Source: Candidatus Eiseniibacteriota bacterium
Lineage (GTDB): Bacteria; Eisenbacteria; RBG-16-71-46
Assembly: GCA_963717505.1 (NCBI GenBank)
Contig: OY970342.1
Coordinates: 384,001-448,000 of the forward strand
DNA length: 64,000 nt
Direction: 5' to 3'
Each line of letters starts with the position of its first letter. Position 1 is the stretch's first letter. Shown piece by piece: positions 12,927-36,507 of the stretch. The notes under the pieces are model-generated. The model saw only the letters and a program-made list of their open reading frames with translations. It ran no database searches and was not told where the DNA came from. The translations under genes and the position numbers were made by a program.

Positions 12927-13211
12927 CTACTTCGCCCGTTCGACGATCTCGACGAGGCGCCAGCGCTTGTCCTTGGACAACGGACGCGTCTCCATGAAGC
13001 GGACGACGTCGCCGATCCGGCACTCGTTGTTGGCATCGTGGATCTTGAATTTGTTCCGGCGGCGCACGTACCGGCCGTAGAACGGATGCTCGACCAGCCG
13101 CTCGATTTCAACCACCGCGGTCTTGTCCATGCGGTTGCTGACGACGCGGCCGACGCGCGACTTCCGGCGATTGCGCTCCTCGGTGGTTTCGACGGTTGCA
13201 TCAACGGTCAT
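12927..13211 (-). CDS. rpsQ: 30S ribosomal protein S17
   Basis: [22 protein letters not shown]. Confidence 0.97.
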   Translation of the reverse strand: MTVDATVETTEERNRRKSRVGRVVSNRMDKTAVVEIERLVEHPFYGRYVRRRNKFKIHDANNECRIGDVVRFMETRPLSKDKRWRLVEIVERAK

Positions 13212-13414
13212 TTCGACGCTCGCTCTTTCTCGCTCAGCACCGTGATCAGCCGGGACATCTCGCGCCGGCTGGTGCGGATCTTCAGCGGGTTGTCGAGCTG
13301 TTTCAGCGTGTTGCGGAATCGCAGCTGGAACAGCTCCTCGCGCAGCTCGTCGATTCGGTGGCGGATCTCGTCCACCGACATGTCGCGCATCGCGCTTGGT
13401 TTGACTTGCGGCAT
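13208..13414 (-). CDS. rpmC: 50S ribosomal protein L29
   Basis: ELFQLRF, QLDNP; position between rplP and rpsQ. Confidence 0.95.
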   Translation of the reverse strand: MPQVKPSAMRDMSVDEIRHRIDELREELFQLRFRNTLKQLDNPLKIRTSRREMSRLITVLSEKERASK

Positions 13415-13418
13415 GACG

Positions 13419-13841
13419 CTACTCCCCTCCCAGCTCGTGGCGCTCGACGAAGCGCGTGCGAATCGGCAGCTTGGATGCCCCGAGCTGCATCGCCTCCTGC
13501 GCGGTCGCGCGCGGGATGCCTTCCAGCTCGAACATGACGCGGCCGGGCTTGATGACCGCGACCCAGAACTCGGGCGGGCCCTTGCCCTTGCCCATTCGGG
13601 TCTCGGCCGGCTTCTTGGTGACCGGCTTGTCCGGGAACACGCGGATCCACATCTTGCCGCCGCGCTTGATGAAGCGCGTGATCGCGACGCGTGCTGCTTC
13701 GATCTGCCGGTTGGTGACCCACGCCGGCTCGAGCGCCTGGAGTCCGAACTCGCCGAACGTCACCGACGAGCCGCGGTACGCCTTGCCGCGCATGCGACCC
13801 CGCTGCTGCTTGCGATACTTGACCCGCTTCGGCATGAGCAT
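13419..13841 (-). CDS. rplP: 50S ribosomal protein L16
   Basis: [20 protein letters not shown]. Confidence 0.98.
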   Translation of the reverse strand: MLMPKRVKYRKQQRGRMRGKAYRGSSVTFGEFGLQALEPAWVTNRQIEAARVAITRFIKRGGKMWIRVFPDKPVTKKPAETRMGKGKGPPEFWVAVIKPGRVMFELEGIPRATAQEAMQLGASKLPIRTRFVERHELGGE

Positions 13842-13853
13842 GACGCGTTCCTC

Positions 13854-14522
13854 CTAGCGGGTGCCGGCCGCCGCCGGGGTGGTCGTGGTCTGGGGCTTGT
13901 CGAGCAGCTCGCCGTGGAAGATCCACACCTTGACGCCGCAGGTGCCGTACGCCGTATTCGCGGTCGCTTTGGCGAAATCGATGTCGGCGCGCAGCGTGTG
14001 CAGCGGCACCCGGCCATCGCGGTAGGTTTCGTAGCGGCCCATTTCCGAGCCGCCGAGCCGTCCCGAGCAGGCGACGCGGACGCCCTGGGCGCCCGCGCGC
14101 ATGGTCGAGGCGATTGCCTTCTTCATCGCGCGGCGGAACGAGACGCGCTGCTCGAGCTGCTTGGCGATGTGCTCGGAAACCAGCTGTGCGTCGAGGTCGG
14201 CGCGCTTGATCTCCTCGATGTTGAGCTGGACCGGCTTGCCGGTCAGCTGTTTCATCTCCTCGGACAGCTTGTCGACCTGCTCGCCTTTGCGCCCGATCAC
14301 CAGCCCCGGACGCGCCGTACGAATGCCGATCGTGACCTTGTCGCCCTTCCGCTCGATCGTGATCTTCGAGATCCCCGACTGGAAGAGCCGCTTCTTCAGA
14401 TAACGCTTGATCAGCAGATCTTCCTTGAGGAGTTCGGCGTAGCCGCGTTTGGCGAACCAGCGCGAATCCCAGGTCTTGACGATCCCGAGACGCAGGCCGA
14501 TCGGATTGGCTTTCTGTCCCAT
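13854..14522 (-). CDS. rpsC: 30S ribosomal protein S3
   Basis: [26 protein letters not shown]. Confidence 0.98.
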   Translation of the reverse strand: MGQKANPIGLRLGIVKTWDSRWFAKRGYAELLKEDLLIKRYLKKRLFQSGISKITIERKGDKVTIGIRTARPGLVIGRKGEQVDKLSEEMKQLTGKPVQLNIEEIKRADLDAQLVSEHIAKQLEQRVSFRRAMKKAIASTMRAGAQGVRVACSGRLGGSEMGRYETYRDGRVPLHTLRADIDFAKATANTAYGTCGVKVWIFHGELLDKPQTTTTPAAAGTR

Positions 14523-14863
14523 TAGTGCGACTCCCTGGTGGCCACGGTGACCGAGACGTGGCTCATCCGCTTGATCAGCTGCGTGGCCCGGCCCTGGGCA
14601 CGCGGCAGCCAGCGTTTGAACGACGGCCCGGCGCCGACCACCGCCTCTTGAACGACCAGTTCCTCGACGCGAACCTTGCCCTCGTGGAGCGCGTTCGCGA
14701 CCGCGGACTTGAGCACCTTCTGCACGATGCGCGCGCCCTGCTTGGGCGTGAACTGCAACCGGGTCTGCGCCTCTTCGACCGGCAGGCCGCGGATCAGCTC
14801 GAGCACCTGATTGCATTTGCGCGGTGTGATGCGCACGAACCTCTGGATCGCTTTCGCCTTCAT
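14522..14863 (-). CDS. rplV: 50S ribosomal protein L22
   Basis: VRITPRK, SAVANA, PRAQGRA. Confidence 0.97.
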   Translation of the reverse strand: MKAKAIQRFVRITPRKCNQVLELIRGLPVEEAQTRLQFTPKQGARIVQKVLKSAVANALHEGKVRVEELVVQEAVVGAGPSFKRWLPRAQGRATQLIKRMSHVSVTVATRESH

Positions 14864-14865
14864 GA

Positions 14866-15159
14866 TCACGTCTTCCCCGGCACCGGCGCCTTGGTCGCGG
14901 TGCGCTCGCCATGCCCGCGGAAGATCCGGGTCGGGACGAACTCGCCGAGCTTGTGGCCGACCATGTTCTCGGTGATGTAGATCGGGATGAACTTGTTGCC
15001 GTTGTGCACCGCCAGCGTGTGGCCGACGAACTCGGGCAGGATCGTGGACCGACGCGCCCAGGTCTTGTGCACACGCTTCTCCCCGCTGCGGTTCATCTGC
15101 TCGATCTTGCGAACGAGCGAATCGACCACGTACGGGCCCTTGCGAATGGAACGTGCCAT
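14866..15159 (-). CDS. rpsS: 30S ribosomal protein S19
   Basis: [20 protein letters not shown]. Confidence 0.98.
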   Translation of the reverse strand: MARSIRKGPYVVDSLVRKIEQMNRSGEKRVHKTWARRSTILPEFVGHTLAVHNGNKFIPIYITENMVGHKLGEFVPTRIFRGHGERTATKAPVPGKT

Positions 15160-15175
15160 GGACTCCCCGACTCCT

Positions 15176-16000
15176 CTACTTGGTGCGGCGGCGCACGATC
15201 AGTGCGTCGCTCAGCTTGCGCTTACGGGTCTTGAGACCCTTCGTGATCTTGCCCCACGGCGAACACGGATGGCGGCCGCCGGAACTCTTGCCTTCGCCAC
15301 CGCCCATCGGATGGTCGACCGGGTTCATCGCCACGCCACGGACGCTGCCCAGCCGACCGCGCCAGCGGTTGCGTCCCGCTTTCCCGAGCTGAATGTTTTC
15401 GTGCTCGAGGTTGCCGACCTGGCCGATGACCGCGCGGCAGCGGATGTGGAACTTGCGCACCTCGCCCGACGGCAGGCGCAGCTGCGCGTAGTCCCCCTCC
15501 TTGGCCATCAGCTGACACTGGACCCCGGCGGAGCGCGCGATGCGCGAGCGCCGTCCCGGGAACAGCTCGACGTTGTGAATGCTGGTGCCGAGCGGAATGT
15601 TGCCGAGCGGCAGGCAGTTCCCCGCGCTGATCTCGGCGTCCGGACCCGACATCACCCGCGCGCCCACCTTGAGCCCGTCGGGCGCCAGAATGTAGCGGCG
15701 CTCGCCGTCGGCGTAGTTCAAGAGCGCGATGCGCGCCGAGCGATTGGGGTCGTACTCGATGGTCGCGACCCGGGCCGGCACGCCGTCCTTGTCACGACGG
15801 AAGTCGATGATCCGGTAGCGCTGCTTGTGCCCGCCGCCAATCCAACGCATCGAGATGTGGCCGTAGTTGTTCCGCCCGCCGGTCTTGTGAAGGCGCTCGG
15901 TCAGCGACTTCACCGGCTTGGAGCGGGTCAACTCCGAGAAGTCCTCGGCCACCGTGTGGCGGAGGGTCGGCGTAGTCGGTCGGAATTTCTTGAGGCCCAT
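15176..16000 (-). CDS. rplB: 50S ribosomal protein L2
   Basis: [22 protein letters not shown]. Confidence 0.98.
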   Translation of the reverse strand: MGLKKFRPTTPTLRHTVAEDFSELTRSKPVKSLTERLHKTGGRNNYGHISMRWIGGGHKQRYRIIDFRRDKDGVPARVATIEYDPNRSARIALLNYADGERRYILAPDGLKVGARVMSGPDAEISAGNCLPLGNIPLGTSIHNVELFPGRRSRIARSAGVQCQLMAKEGDYAQLRLPSGEVRKFHIRCRAVIGQVGNLEHENIQLGKAGRNRWRGRLGSVRGVAMNPVDHPMGGGEGKSSGGRHPCSPWGKITKGLKTRKRKLSDALIVRRRTK

Positions 16001-16011
16001 GGTCGTCGTCC

Positions 16012-16302
16012 CTAGATCTGCTCGAACAGCTCGATCTTCTGATCGGGCTTGAGCGTCACGATTGCCTTCTTCCAGTCGCTGCGGCGGCCTTCATACCGTC
16101 CGGTCCGCTTGAGCTTGCCCTGGAACTGCTGCGTGCGGACCTGACGCACCTTGACGGAGAAGATCTTCTCGACCGCGCGCTTGATGTCGATCTTGGTGGC
16201 GTCGCGCGCGACCTCGAAGTAGTACTGGTTGAGCAGCTCGCGCATGACCGTGCCCTTCTCGGTGATCAACGCGCGCCGAATCACACTGCGCGGATCCTTC
16301 AT
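16012..16302 (-). CDS. rplW: 50S ribosomal protein L23
   Basis: [19 protein letters not shown]. Confidence 0.97.
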   Translation of the reverse strand: MKDPRSVIRRALITEKGTVMRELLNQYYFEVARDATKIDIKRAVEKIFSVKVRQVRTQQFQGKLKRTGRYEGRRSDWKKAIVTLKPDQKIELFEQI

Positions 16303-16934
16303 CGGACGAAGACCTCCTTCACGCGCTCGAGGCCCGCCTGCGTGAGGACCACGTTCTCGGCCGCCAGCAGGTCATAGGGATTGAGCTGGTGGGCGAGGCG
16401 CGTGTCGAGGTAGCGGAGGTTGCGCACGGACCGCAGCACCTTCTCGTCGGCCTGATCCAGCACCAGCAGCGTCCGCTTCCGCTCGAGTCCGAGCTTGCGC
16501 AGCACCGCCGCGACTTCCCGGGTCTTGGCTTCGGCCGGCGCGAACGCCTCGAGGACCAGGACCGCATTCTCGCTCGCGCGCAGCGACAACACTGACGCCA
16601 GGGCGGCCCGGCGCTGCTTGCGCGGCATGTCGGTGCGGTAATCGCGGGGCTTGGGACCGAAGGCGCGCCCGCCGCCCGGCCACAACGGCGACGTGTTCGA
16701 GCCGGCGCGGGCGTTGCCCGAGCCCTTCTGCCGCCACGGCTTCCTTCCGCCACCCGAGACCTCGCCACGCGTCTTGACCTTGGCGGTCCCCTGGCGCTGG
16801 TTCCCGAGATGACGCTTGACCGCCAGCCACATCAGGTGCTCGTGCACCGGCTGCGCGAACAACTCGTCGGGCAGCGGGGTCGTGCCTCGCTCGCTGCCGT
16901 CGGCGGCGAATCTCTTTGCGGTCACGTTACTCAT
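16299..16934 (-). CDS. rplD: 50S ribosomal protein L4
   Basis: [27 protein letters not shown]. Confidence 0.97.
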   Translation of the reverse strand: MSNVTAKRFAADGSERGTTPLPDELFAQPVHEHLMWLAVKRHLGNQRQGTAKVKTRGEVSGGGRKPWRQKGSGNARAGSNTSPLWPGGGRAFGPKPRDYRTDMPRKQRRAALASVLSLRASENAVLVLEAFAPAEAKTREVAAVLRKLGLERKRTLLVLDQADEKVLRSVRNLRYLDTRLAHQLNPYDLLAAENVVLTQAGLERVKEVFVR

Positions 16935-17560
16935 CGCTGGTCATCCCGCTTCCGAACGATCACGACGCCGTTGACCGGACCGGGCACCGCGCCGCGAATC
17001 ATCACGACGTTCTGCTCCGGGTCCACGCCGACGACTTCGAGGTTCTTCTGGGTCAGGAATACGCTGCCCATGTGCCCGGGCAGCCGCTTGCCCTTGACCA
17101 CCCGCGACGGATACGCCGACGCGCCGATCGAGCCGGGCTGTTTGCCGTGCGTCGGTCCATGCGAAGCATGGCCGGCCACGAACTTGTGGCGCTTGACCAC
17201 CCCCGCGAATCCGCGGCCCTTGGTGACGCCGCGCACGTCGACGTGCTCGCCCTTGGCGAACATGGTCACGGTCAGCGTGCCGCCGACTTCGAAGCCGCTG
17301 GTGTCGCCGACCCGGAACTCCTTGATCACCCGCGACGGCGGCAGGTTGCGCTTCTTGAACTGTCCGAGCACCGGCCGGGTGAACCGCGATTCGCGGTTGG
17401 TCCCGAATCCGAGCTGGATCGCCTGATACCCGTCACGCTCGGCGGTGCGCACCTCGGTCACGGTGCACGGTCCCGCCTCGATCACGGTCACGGGGATCGA
17501 CTCGCCCTTCTCACCGAAGAGCTGCGTCATGCCCACTTTTTTCCCTATCAATCCAATCAT
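16931..17560 (-). CDS. rplC: 50S ribosomal protein L3
   Basis: [27 protein letters not shown]. Confidence 0.98.
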   Translation of the reverse strand: MIGLIGKKVGMTQLFGEKGESIPVTVIEAGPCTVTEVRTAERDGYQAIQLGFGTNRESRFTRPVLGQFKKRNLPPSRVIKEFRVGDTSGFEVGGTLTVTMFAKGEHVDVRGVTKGRGFAGVVKRHKFVAGHASHGPTHGKQPGSIGASAYPSRVVKGKRLPGHMGSVFLTQKNLEVVGVDPEQNVVMIRGAVPGPVNGVVIVRKRDDQR

Positions 17561-17574
17561 GACTTTTTACTCCA

Positions 17575-17699
17575 GAGACGAACGAGAAAGGTCCAGATGC
17601 AAGGCGCGAGGAAGCGGGACCCGCAGATGTGTCCTCATGGACACATCGAGGACGCCCGCGACCGAGCAACGCAGCAGATGGGCCTTTGTCGTTCGTCTC
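17575..17699. repeat. 125-bp palindromic MITE/REP-like element between rpsJ and rplC
   Basis: Terminal IRs GAGACGAACGAGAAAGG / CCTTTGTCGTTCGTCTC (16/17 match) plus a central perfect hairpin GATGTGTCC-tcat-GGACACATC. Confidence 0.7.
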
Positions 17700-18003
17700 A
17701 TGTCTTGATCTCGATGTCGACGCCCGCCGGAATGTCGAGCTTCTCGAGCGCTTCCATGGTCTGGGCCGTCGAACGGGTGATGTCGATCAAACGCTTGTGG
17801 ATGCGGATCTCGAACTGCTCCCGCGACTTCTTGTCCACGTGCGGGCTGCGCAGCACCGTGTACACCGTGCGACGCGTCGGCAGGGGCACCGGCCCCGACG
17901 TCAGCGCGCCCGTGCGGCGGGCGGTGCGAACGATCTCGGCCGCCGACTGGTCCAGCGTCGCGTGATCGTAGGACTTCAACTTGATTCGGATCTTCTGCAG
18001 CAT
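17698..18003 (-). CDS. rpsJ: 30S ribosomal protein S10
   Basis: [31 protein letters not shown]. Confidence 0.98.
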   Translation of the reverse strand: MLQKIRIKLKSYDHATLDQSAAEIVRTARRTGALTSGPVPLPTRRTVYTVLRSPHVDKKSREQFEIRIHKRLIDITRSTAQTMEALEKLDIPAGVDIEIKT

Positions 18004-18014
18004 GGTCATCCGTC

Positions 18015-19214
<1,200 letters not shown>

Positions 19215-19232
19215 GAAAACGGACCCTCCGTT

Positions 19233-21314
<2,082 letters not shown>

Positions 21315-21541
21315 CGGCGTGCTCATCCCTTCGATTTCGGTTTGCTTACGACGTCTTCGACACCACCTGCCTTTCCTGATCAGAAAGTGCGGTGATGATT
21401 CGTGCAGCCATCCGCAGTGTTGAGGCCCGACCCGGACACTCGTTTCCGGGATCTCGAGCCCAGGTCGGCAGTCGCCGGCCTTCACCCGTCGATGGCACTT
21501 CTCAGTTGTTGCGCGTCCTTGCGCGGGCGGCGCTTTCGCGC

Positions 21542-22012
21542 CTACCAGCGATAATGTGCGAACGCCTTGTTCGCTTCAGCCATCTTGTGCGTGTCTTCGC
21601 GCTTCTTGACCGCGCCGCCTTCGTTCTTCGAGGCGGACAGGATCTCGGCCGCGAACTTCTCCTCGAACGAGGGGTCGCTGCGCTGCCGGGCGAAGGTGAT
21701 GATCCAGCGGGTCGCGAGCGCGTTGCGGCGATCGGGCCGCACCTCGACCGGGACTTGATAGTTGGCACCGCCGACGCGGCGGGACTTGACCTCGAGGATC
21801 GGCTTGACGTTGGTCATCGCCTGCTTGAGCACCGTCATCGGATCCTGGCCGCCCTTGTCCTGAATGATCTTCATCGCGCCGTAGAACGCGCCTTCGGCGA
21901 TCGAGCGCTTCCCCTCGCCCATCATGGCGTTGATGAACCGCGTCACCAGGACGCTGTCGTACAGGGGGTCCGCGATCGACTCGCGACGCGGAACGTGTCC
22001 TTTTCGGGGCAT
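21542..22012 (-). CDS. rpsG: 30S ribosomal protein S7
   Basis: [29 protein letters not shown]. Confidence 0.98.
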   Translation of the reverse strand: MPRKGHVPRRESIADPLYDSVLVTRFINAMMGEGKRSIAEGAFYGAMKIIQDKGGQDPMTVLKQAMTNVKPILEVKSRRVGGANYQVPVEVRPDRRNALATRWIITFARQRSDPSFEEKFAAEILSASKNEGGAVKKREDTHKMAEANKAFAHYRW

Positions 22013-22025
22013 GGTCTCCTCGATC

Positions 22026-22394
22026 CTACTTCGACTTGGTGCCGTACTTCGACCGGCTCTTCTTGCGGCCCTGGACGCCACTCGCGTCCAGCGTGCCGCG
22101 CACGATGTGATAGCGCACGCCCGGCAGGTCCTTCACGCGCCCGCCGCGGATGAGCACGATCGAGTGCTCCTGGAGGTTGTGTCCCTCCCCGGGAATGTAG
22201 GCGGTGACTTCGATGCCGTTGGTCAACCGGACGCGGGCCACCTTGCGCAGCGCCGAGTTCGGCTTCTTCGGCGTCGTGGTGTAGACGCGCGTGCACACGC
22301 CCCGCTTCTGCGGGCACGAGCGCAGTGCCGGCGCACCGGTCTTGCTCTTTTGTGGCCGCCGTCCATGACGGACGAGCTGGCTGAGTGTCGGCAC
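22026..22394 (-). CDS. rpsL: 30S ribosomal protein S12
   Basis: GTG start [29 protein letters not shown]. Confidence 0.98.
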   Translation of the reverse strand: MPTLSQLVRHGRRPQKSKTGAPALRSCPQKRGVCTRVYTTTPKKPNSALRKVARVRLTNGIEVTAYIPGEGHNLQEHSIVLIRGGRVKDLPGVRYHIVRGTLDASGVQGRKKSRSKYGTKSK

Positions 22395-22587
22395 TTCAAC
22401 CTCCAGGCATACGACCGGCGTTCTCGGCGCTCGAGTGTGGGGGCGGCACAGCCCCTCCCTCGCCGCAGGACGAACCGGCGGCGGGCCGGGAAAGCGGGTC
22501 GTCAAGGTGCGTTACTGGCGTGCGCGGTCAGGCAGGCCACGGCATCCATGAAGGAACAACATGCGCCGTTGCCGCGCAGGACCGGCG

Positions 22588-22616
22588 AATCTAGGGGGGA
22601 CGCCCCCCCCTGTCAA
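22588..22616 (-). promoter_or_regulatory. sigma70 promoter of the str-S10-spc transcript
   Basis: TTGACA-N17-TAGATT. Confidence 0.8.
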
Positions 22617-22639
22617 GTCGGTCTTTTCCAAACTTTGAC

Positions 22640-26866
<4,227 letters not shown>

Positions 26867-26942
26867 GCTCAAGTCGCTCCTCCAGTCCGTGCCGGGACGT
26901 TGACGTTCTCGGAATCGCGCCGGGCGCCACCCGGCCGCGGAA

Positions 26943-30812
<3,870 letters not shown>

Positions 30813-30924
30813 GATCTTCCCGCCTTTCAGAAAGGGAAGCCGTCACGATGACGTCGCCGGGCGGGCGGGAACGCACCCTCCCGACCGGACGCACCGACAT
30901 CGCGGGCATCGGGGACACGGACGG

Positions 30925-31305
30925 TTACTTGATCTCGACCGTGGCGCCCTGCTCCTCGAGCGCAGCCTTCATCTTCGCGGCCTCTTCCTTGGTCACGCCC
31001 TGCTTGAGCGCCTTGGGAGCGCCGTCGACGACATCCTTGGCTTCCTTGAGACCCAATCCGGTCAGCTCGCGGACCACCTTGATGACCTGGATCTTCTTGT
31101 CGCCCGTCGCGGTCAACACGACGTCGAACTCGGTCTTCTCCTCGACCACCGCTGCGCCGCCACCCATTCCGCCCATCGGCATCGCCATCATCGGGGCGGC
31201 CGCCGTCACGCCGAACTTCTCTTCGTACTTGGTCTTGAGCTCGGACAGTTCGAGCACCGTCATGTTGCCGATCAGATCGAGCACCTGGTCAATCGAGGTG
31301 GCCAT
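30925..31305 (-). CDS. rplL: 50S ribosomal protein L7/L12
   Basis: [28 protein letters not shown]. Confidence 0.98.
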   Translation of the reverse strand: MATSIDQVLDLIGNMTVLELSELKTKYEEKFGVTAAAPMMAMPMGGMGGGAAVVEEKTEFDVVLTATGDKKIQVIKVVRELTGLGLKEAKDVVDGAPKALKQGVTKEEAAKMKAALEEQGATVEIK

Positions 31306-31322
31306 TGCGTGTTTCTCCTTCT

Positions 31323-31892
31323 CTATGGTGTGGGTGACGGAGGGTTTCCAGGGTTGGGTGCTTCGGGTCTAGGTTGAACCGCCTTTTCACGGCTGAGCAC
31401 GTCCGCCATGACCGCCGGCAGCGCGACCGTGGCTTCGATCGCCGCCAGGAACGTGGTCATGGGCGCAATGATCGTGGCCAGCAATTGCGACATCAGGACT
31501 TCGCGGCTGGGCAGCGTCGCCAGCTTCTTGATCGCTTTCTCGTCGAACAGCCGTCCGTCGACCACGGCCGCCTTGAGCCTCGGCTGCTCGTGCTCCTTGG
31601 CGAAGCTCGCCAGGATCTGCGCCGGCGCAATCTCGCTCTCGGCGCTGAACACGACGCCGGTCGGACCGACCAGGTAGGGATCGAGGGCCGTGATCCCGCG
31701 CTCGTTGAACGCGCGCTTGATCAGCGTGTTCTTGATGACGCGGAACTGGACCTTCTGCTCGCGGCACTTCTTCCGCAACAGCGAGATCTTCTCCACGCTC
31801 ATGCCGCTGAAGTCGGCGAGGTAGATCGCATTCACGTTCTGGATGCGCTCGCTCGTGTCCTTCACGATTTGTTCTTTTTCGATGGTCGGCAT
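31323..31892 (-). CDS. rplJ: 50S ribosomal protein L10
   Basis: [17 protein letters not shown]. Confidence 0.96.
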   Translation of the reverse strand: MPTIEKEQIVKDTSERIQNVNAIYLADFSGMSVEKISLLRKKCREQKVQFRVIKNTLIKRAFNERGITALDPYLVGPTGVVFSAESEIAPAQILASFAKEHEQPRLKAAVVDGRLFDEKAIKKLATLPSREVLMSQLLATIIAPMTTFLAAIEATVALPAVMADVLSREKAVQPRPEAPNPGNPPSPTP

Positions 31893-31899
31893 GGCGCCC

Positions 31900-32607
31900 T
31901 CAGTGTCCGGTCTCGGTGATGGCCGCTTGCGTGTCGATCGCGATCCCCGGGCCCATGGTCGAGCTGATGGTCAGGGTCTTCAGATAGGTGCCCTTGGCCG
32001 CCGTCGGCTTGGCGCGGACGATCTCGCGCACCAGCACCCGAGTGTTCTCGAGCAGCCGATCCTCGGTGAACGAGGCCTTGCCGACCGGAGCATGGATGTT
32101 GGCGCCCTTGTCGACGCGGAACTCGATCTTGCCGGACTTGAGCTCGCGCACCGCCTTGGCGACGTCGAACGTCACCGTGCCGCTCTTGGGATTGGGCATC
32201 AGGCCGCGCGGGCCCAGGACGCGCCCGAGCTTGCCGACCTCACCCATCATGTCGGGGGTGGCGACGATCGCGTCGATGTCCAGCCAGCCTTCCTGGATCT
32301 TCTTCACGAATTCGTCCGCTCCGGCGAAGTCGGCGCCAGCCTCGCGCGCCTCGCGTTCCTTGTCGCCTTTGCACAGGACGAGCACGCGCAGGCTCTTCCC
32401 GGTGCCGTGCGGCAGCACGACCGTCCCGCGCACCAGCTGATCCGAATGCCGAGGATCGACACCCAGGTGCGAGGAAATGACGATCGTTTCGTCGAACTTG
32501 GCCCGGGCGGTTTCCTTGACCAGCTTGACCGCCTCGGCCAGGGACCGCACCGGCCCGGCGCGCCGCGCCAGCTCCGCCGCCGCGCGATAGCGCTTACCTT
32601 GCTTCAT
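31900..32607 (-). CDS. rplA: 50S ribosomal protein L1
   Basis: [34 protein letters not shown]. Confidence 0.98.
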   Translation of the reverse strand: MKQGKRYRAAAELARRAGPVRSLAEAVKLVKETARAKFDETIVISSHLGVDPRHSDQLVRGTVVLPHGTGKSLRVLVLCKGDKEREAREAGADFAGADEFVKKIQEGWLDIDAIVATPDMMGEVGKLGRVLGPRGLMPNPKSGTVTFDVAKAVRELKSGKIEFRVDKGANIHAPVGKASFTEDRLLENTRVLVREIVRAKPTAAKGTYLKTLTISSTMGPGIAIDTQAAITETGH

Positions 32608-32617
32608 CATTCCTCCC

Positions 32618-32649
32618 GTGGTTCGAGCGTGGCGTTCCGCCACTCCCAC
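32618..32649 (-). promoter_or_regulatory. L1-binding autoregulatory mRNA site upstream of rplA
   Basis: GTGGGAG-TGGCG-GAA-CGCCA-CGCT-CGA-ACCAC matches the GUGGGAG...GCU..ACCAC rRNA-mimic L1 site, directly before the RBS. Confidence 0.75.
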
Positions 32650-32749
32650 GTCGTGGACGCGCGATCACCGCGCGCCCTGCGCTCCAGCAGTTCGCGACCC
32701 ATCGCTCCGATGCGGCGGGCCTGCAACGGCTCCCGCCGAGAACCGGACG

Positions 32750-32950
32750 TCAGGCGCCCTCGTCCTCGACCGCTTCCAACTCGGCCTCGGTGGCGTAGCC
32801 TTCGTTCACCACCCAGTCGAGCGTGTCGAAGAAGTCGTTGATGCTCGCGCCTGGCGCTTTCGCGACCCGTTCGCGGACGATCTCGTAGATCTCCCGCGGA
32901 GTCTTGCCGCGGAGCAGAACTTCAGCGTCTTCCTTGTCCAGACGAACCAT
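32750..32950 (-). CDS. Small acidic hypothetical protein (66 aa) between rplK and rplA
   Basis: ATG after GGGGGAAGGA, genome-typical codons; [66 protein letters not shown]. Confidence 0.8.
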   Translation of the reverse strand: MVRLDKEDAEVLLRGKTPREIYEIVRERVAKAPGASINDFFDTLDWVVNEGYATEAELEAVEDEGA

Positions 32951-32966
32951 CCGGTTCCTTCCCCCC

Positions 32967-33392
32967 TTAGCCCTCGACCTCGATTCCCATGCTGCGGGCC
33001 GTTCCCGCCACCATTCGCTCGGCCGCATCCAGCGTGGCCGAGTTGAGATCGGGAGCCTTGAGCTCGGCGATCTCGCGCACCTGTGCGCGAGACACCTTGC
33101 CCACCTTGTTCCGATTCGGTACGCCCGAGCCCTTGGCCAGGCCCGCCGCGCGCTTGAGCAGCACGGCGGCCGGGGGCGTCTTGGTGATGAACGTGAACGA
33201 ACGGTCGTTGTACACGGTGATGACGACCGGGATCACGAGCCCCGCCTGTTGCTGGGTTCGAGCGTTGAACTGCTTGCAGAACTCCATGATGTTGATGCCG
33301 TGCTGGCCGAGCGCCGGACCCACCGGCGGCGCCGGCGTCGCGTTGCCGGCGTTGCACTGCAGCTTGACCACCGCGGTAATCGGCTTCGCCAT
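32967..33392 (-). CDS. rplK: 50S ribosomal protein L11
   Basis: [29 protein letters not shown]. Confidence 0.98.
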   Translation of the reverse strand: MAKPITAVVKLQCNAGNATPAPPVGPALGQHGINIMEFCKQFNARTQQQAGLVIPVVITVYNDRSFTFITKTPPAAVLLKRAAGLAKGSGVPNRNKVGKVSRAQVREIAELKAPDLNSATLDAAERMVAGTARSMGIEVEG

Positions 33393-33419
33393 CGGAACGC
33401 CCCTCGCCTGAGCCGGTCG

Positions 33420-33950
33420 CTAGACCGGCTGCACCTGCAGGAAGTCGAGCTCCACCGGGGTCGCGCGCCCGAAGATGCTCACCATGACCTTGACCTTGCC
33501 GCGCTCGTTGTTGACTTCGTCCACCACGCCGTTGAAGGCGCTGAACGGTCCGTCGACCACCTTGACGTGATCGCCGACGCGGAACGTGACGGTCGGAACC
33601 GGTTTCGATCGGGTCTGTTCGATCTGACCCAGGATGCGGCGAACTTCGTTTTCCTTGAGCGCGATCGCGCTCTGACCCGATCCAATGAAGCGCGTCACGC
33701 CCGGCACGTTCTGCACCAGATGGCGCGTTTCGTTGTTCAGGTCCATTTCGATCATCACGTACGAAGGAAAGGTCTTGCGCTTGGAGGTCTTGCGCTTGCC
33801 GTCCTTCATCTCGACGTAGTCCTCGGTCGCCACCAGGATCTGGCCGAACATCTCCTGAAGTCCGGCGCTGGCGATCGCCTTCTCGAGGTTGGTCTTCACT
33901 TTGTTCTCGTGCCCCGAATAGGTGTGAATCACATACCACTTCTTTTCCAT
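33420..33950 (-). CDS. nusG: Transcription termination/antitermination factor NusG
   Basis: [35 protein letters not shown]; alternative start at 33980 overlapping secE stop. Confidence 0.97.
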   Translation of the reverse strand: MEKKWYVIHTYSGHENKVKTNLEKAIASAGLQEMFGQILVATEDYVEMKDGKRKTSKRKTFPSYVMIEMDLNNETRHLVQNVPGVTRFIGSGQSAIALKENEVRRILGQIEQTRSKPVPTVTFRVGDHVKVVDGPFSAFNGVVDEVNNERGKVKVMVSIFGRATPVELDFLQVQPV

Positions 33951-33976
33951 GGTCATTCCCGATGCGTCGCTCGTGC

Positions 33977-34165
33977 TCATCGGAACAACAACTCGACGCC
34001 GCGGGACAGAACCTGGTCGACGATCCCGACGAACACCGCGACGATGATCACCGTCACGATGACGACGATCGTCGAATCGCGCAGCTCGTTCCGGGTCGGC
34101 CAGCTCACTTTCGTGGCCTCGACACGGACGTCCTTGACGAACTCTCTGATTCGATCGGTCACCAT
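33977..34165 (-). CDS. secE: Preprotein translocase SecE
   Basis: E..KVSWPTR plus a single TM helix. Confidence 0.95.
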   Translation of the reverse strand: MVTDRIREFVKDVRVEATKVSWPTRNELRDSTIVVIVTVIIVAVFVGIVDQVLSRGVELLFR

Positions 34166-34229
34166 GCGTTTTCCTGACCCTCGACCCACCCATGGCCGGA
34201 CGCGCCACACCGGCGCTCCCGCCCGACAC

Positions 34230-34307
34230 TGGCAGGCCTGGAGGGATTTGAACCCCCGACTCCCGGTTTTGGAGACCGGTGCTCTAGCCAGACTGAGCTA
34301 CAGGCCT
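34230..34307 (-). tRNA. tRNA-Trp(CCA)
   Basis: Cloverleaf AGGCCTG...CTCCAAA...TTCAAAT...CAGGCCT-G-CCA. Confidence 0.97.
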
Positions 34308-34367
34308 GCCTCGTCATTGCAGACCGCGGCTGCCGTCCGGTCTGCCCGGGCGCCGGCCTCGGTCCGG

Positions 34368-34517
34368 TCAGCGCGTCTCCTTGTGCGCGGTGTGCTTGCG
34401 GCACGCCGAGCAATACTTCTGGCTCTCCATCCGATCCGGATGCAGGCGCTTGTTCTTCTTCGTGATGTAGTTGCGGCGCTTGCAATCGTTGCAGGCGAGC
34501 ACAATCTGGTCGCGCAT
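34368..34517 (-). CDS. rpmG: 50S ribosomal protein L33 (Zn-binding; not in ORF track)
   Basis: Manual translation [49 protein letters not shown]. Confidence 0.97.
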   Translation of the reverse strand: MRDQIVLACNDCKRRNYITKKNKRLHPDRMESQKYCSACRKHTAHKETR

Positions 34518-34529
34518 GATTCCCCCGCG

Positions 34530-35729
<1,200 letters not shown>

Positions 35730-35837
35730 TGCTCAGGTCCCCTGATCGAAGTTGCGGTTTTGGAGCTCCTACACCTTCACGCTGCTGTGGCCGGCGGCCG
35801 TCCCTCACTCCTGCCGGGAACGGCGCGCCCGTGCAGG

Positions 35838-35913
35838 TGGAGCCCACGAGCGGAATCGAACCGCTGACCTTTTGCTTACCATGCAAATGCTCTACCGACT
35901 GAGCTACGTGGGC
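35838..35913 (-). tRNA. tRNA-Thr(GGT)
   Basis: GCCCACG...ATGGTAA...TTCGATT...CGTGGGC-T-CCA, 76 nt. Confidence 0.97.
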
Positions 35914-36076
35914 TGACGACTGGCCAACCGGACGCGTCACCGTGGGATGAAACCGACGAGATGGGTGCGCCGCCCTGGAAACTCGCGACGTCGCTCAGCG
36001 TGAAGGAACAGAAGACGCACTACCCCGAGGCGACTTCCCTCGGTGGAAAGTCGTCGGGGATGCGCGTGAGCCGGGA

Positions 36077-36105
36077 AACATAGTGGCGCGAATCGCCTAT
36101 GTCAA
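36077..36105 (-). promoter_or_regulatory. sigma70 promoter for tRNA-Thr(GGT)-tuf-rpmG...
   Basis: TTGACA-N17-TATGTT. Confidence 0.75.
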
Positions 36106-36264
36106 CGCGGAATCGGCAGTTTCGGGTCATTTCAGGTCACGGGCCGAGGCCCGGCCCAAGGCCCGACCGCTCTTGGTTGGCTCCGAATCCAGCAGCCGCC
36201 GAGAAGTCAGGTTTGTGCAAAACCTGCTGCTGGCGGGGCTAGGGACCGTGCGGCTTTGAGGAAA

Positions 36265-36340
36265 TGGAGCGGGAGACGGGACTCGAACCCGCGACATCCA
36301 GCTTGGAAGGCTAGAGCTCTACCAACTGAGCTACTCCCGC
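36265..36340 (-). tRNA. tRNA-Gly(TCC)
   Basis: GCGGGAG...CTTCCAA...TTCGAGT...CTCCCGC-T-CCA. Confidence 0.97.
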
Positions 36341-36371
36341 CCGGGAACTACCGCAAAGACCCCAAACCGAA

Positions 36372-36456
36372 TGGTGGAGGGGGGAGGATTCGAACCTCCG
36401 AAGGCTACGCCGACAGATTTACAGTCTGTTCCCTTTGACCGCTCGGGAACCCCTCC
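36372..36456 (-). tRNA. tRNA-Tyr(GTA)
   Basis: GGAGGGG...CTGTAAA, long variable arm, CCCCTCC-A-CCA, 85 nt. Confidence 0.97.
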
Positions 36457-36507
36457 AGAACCAAGCGCGCAGCGCGGGCCAGCCGCCCATCACCACACGG
36501 GGCAACG

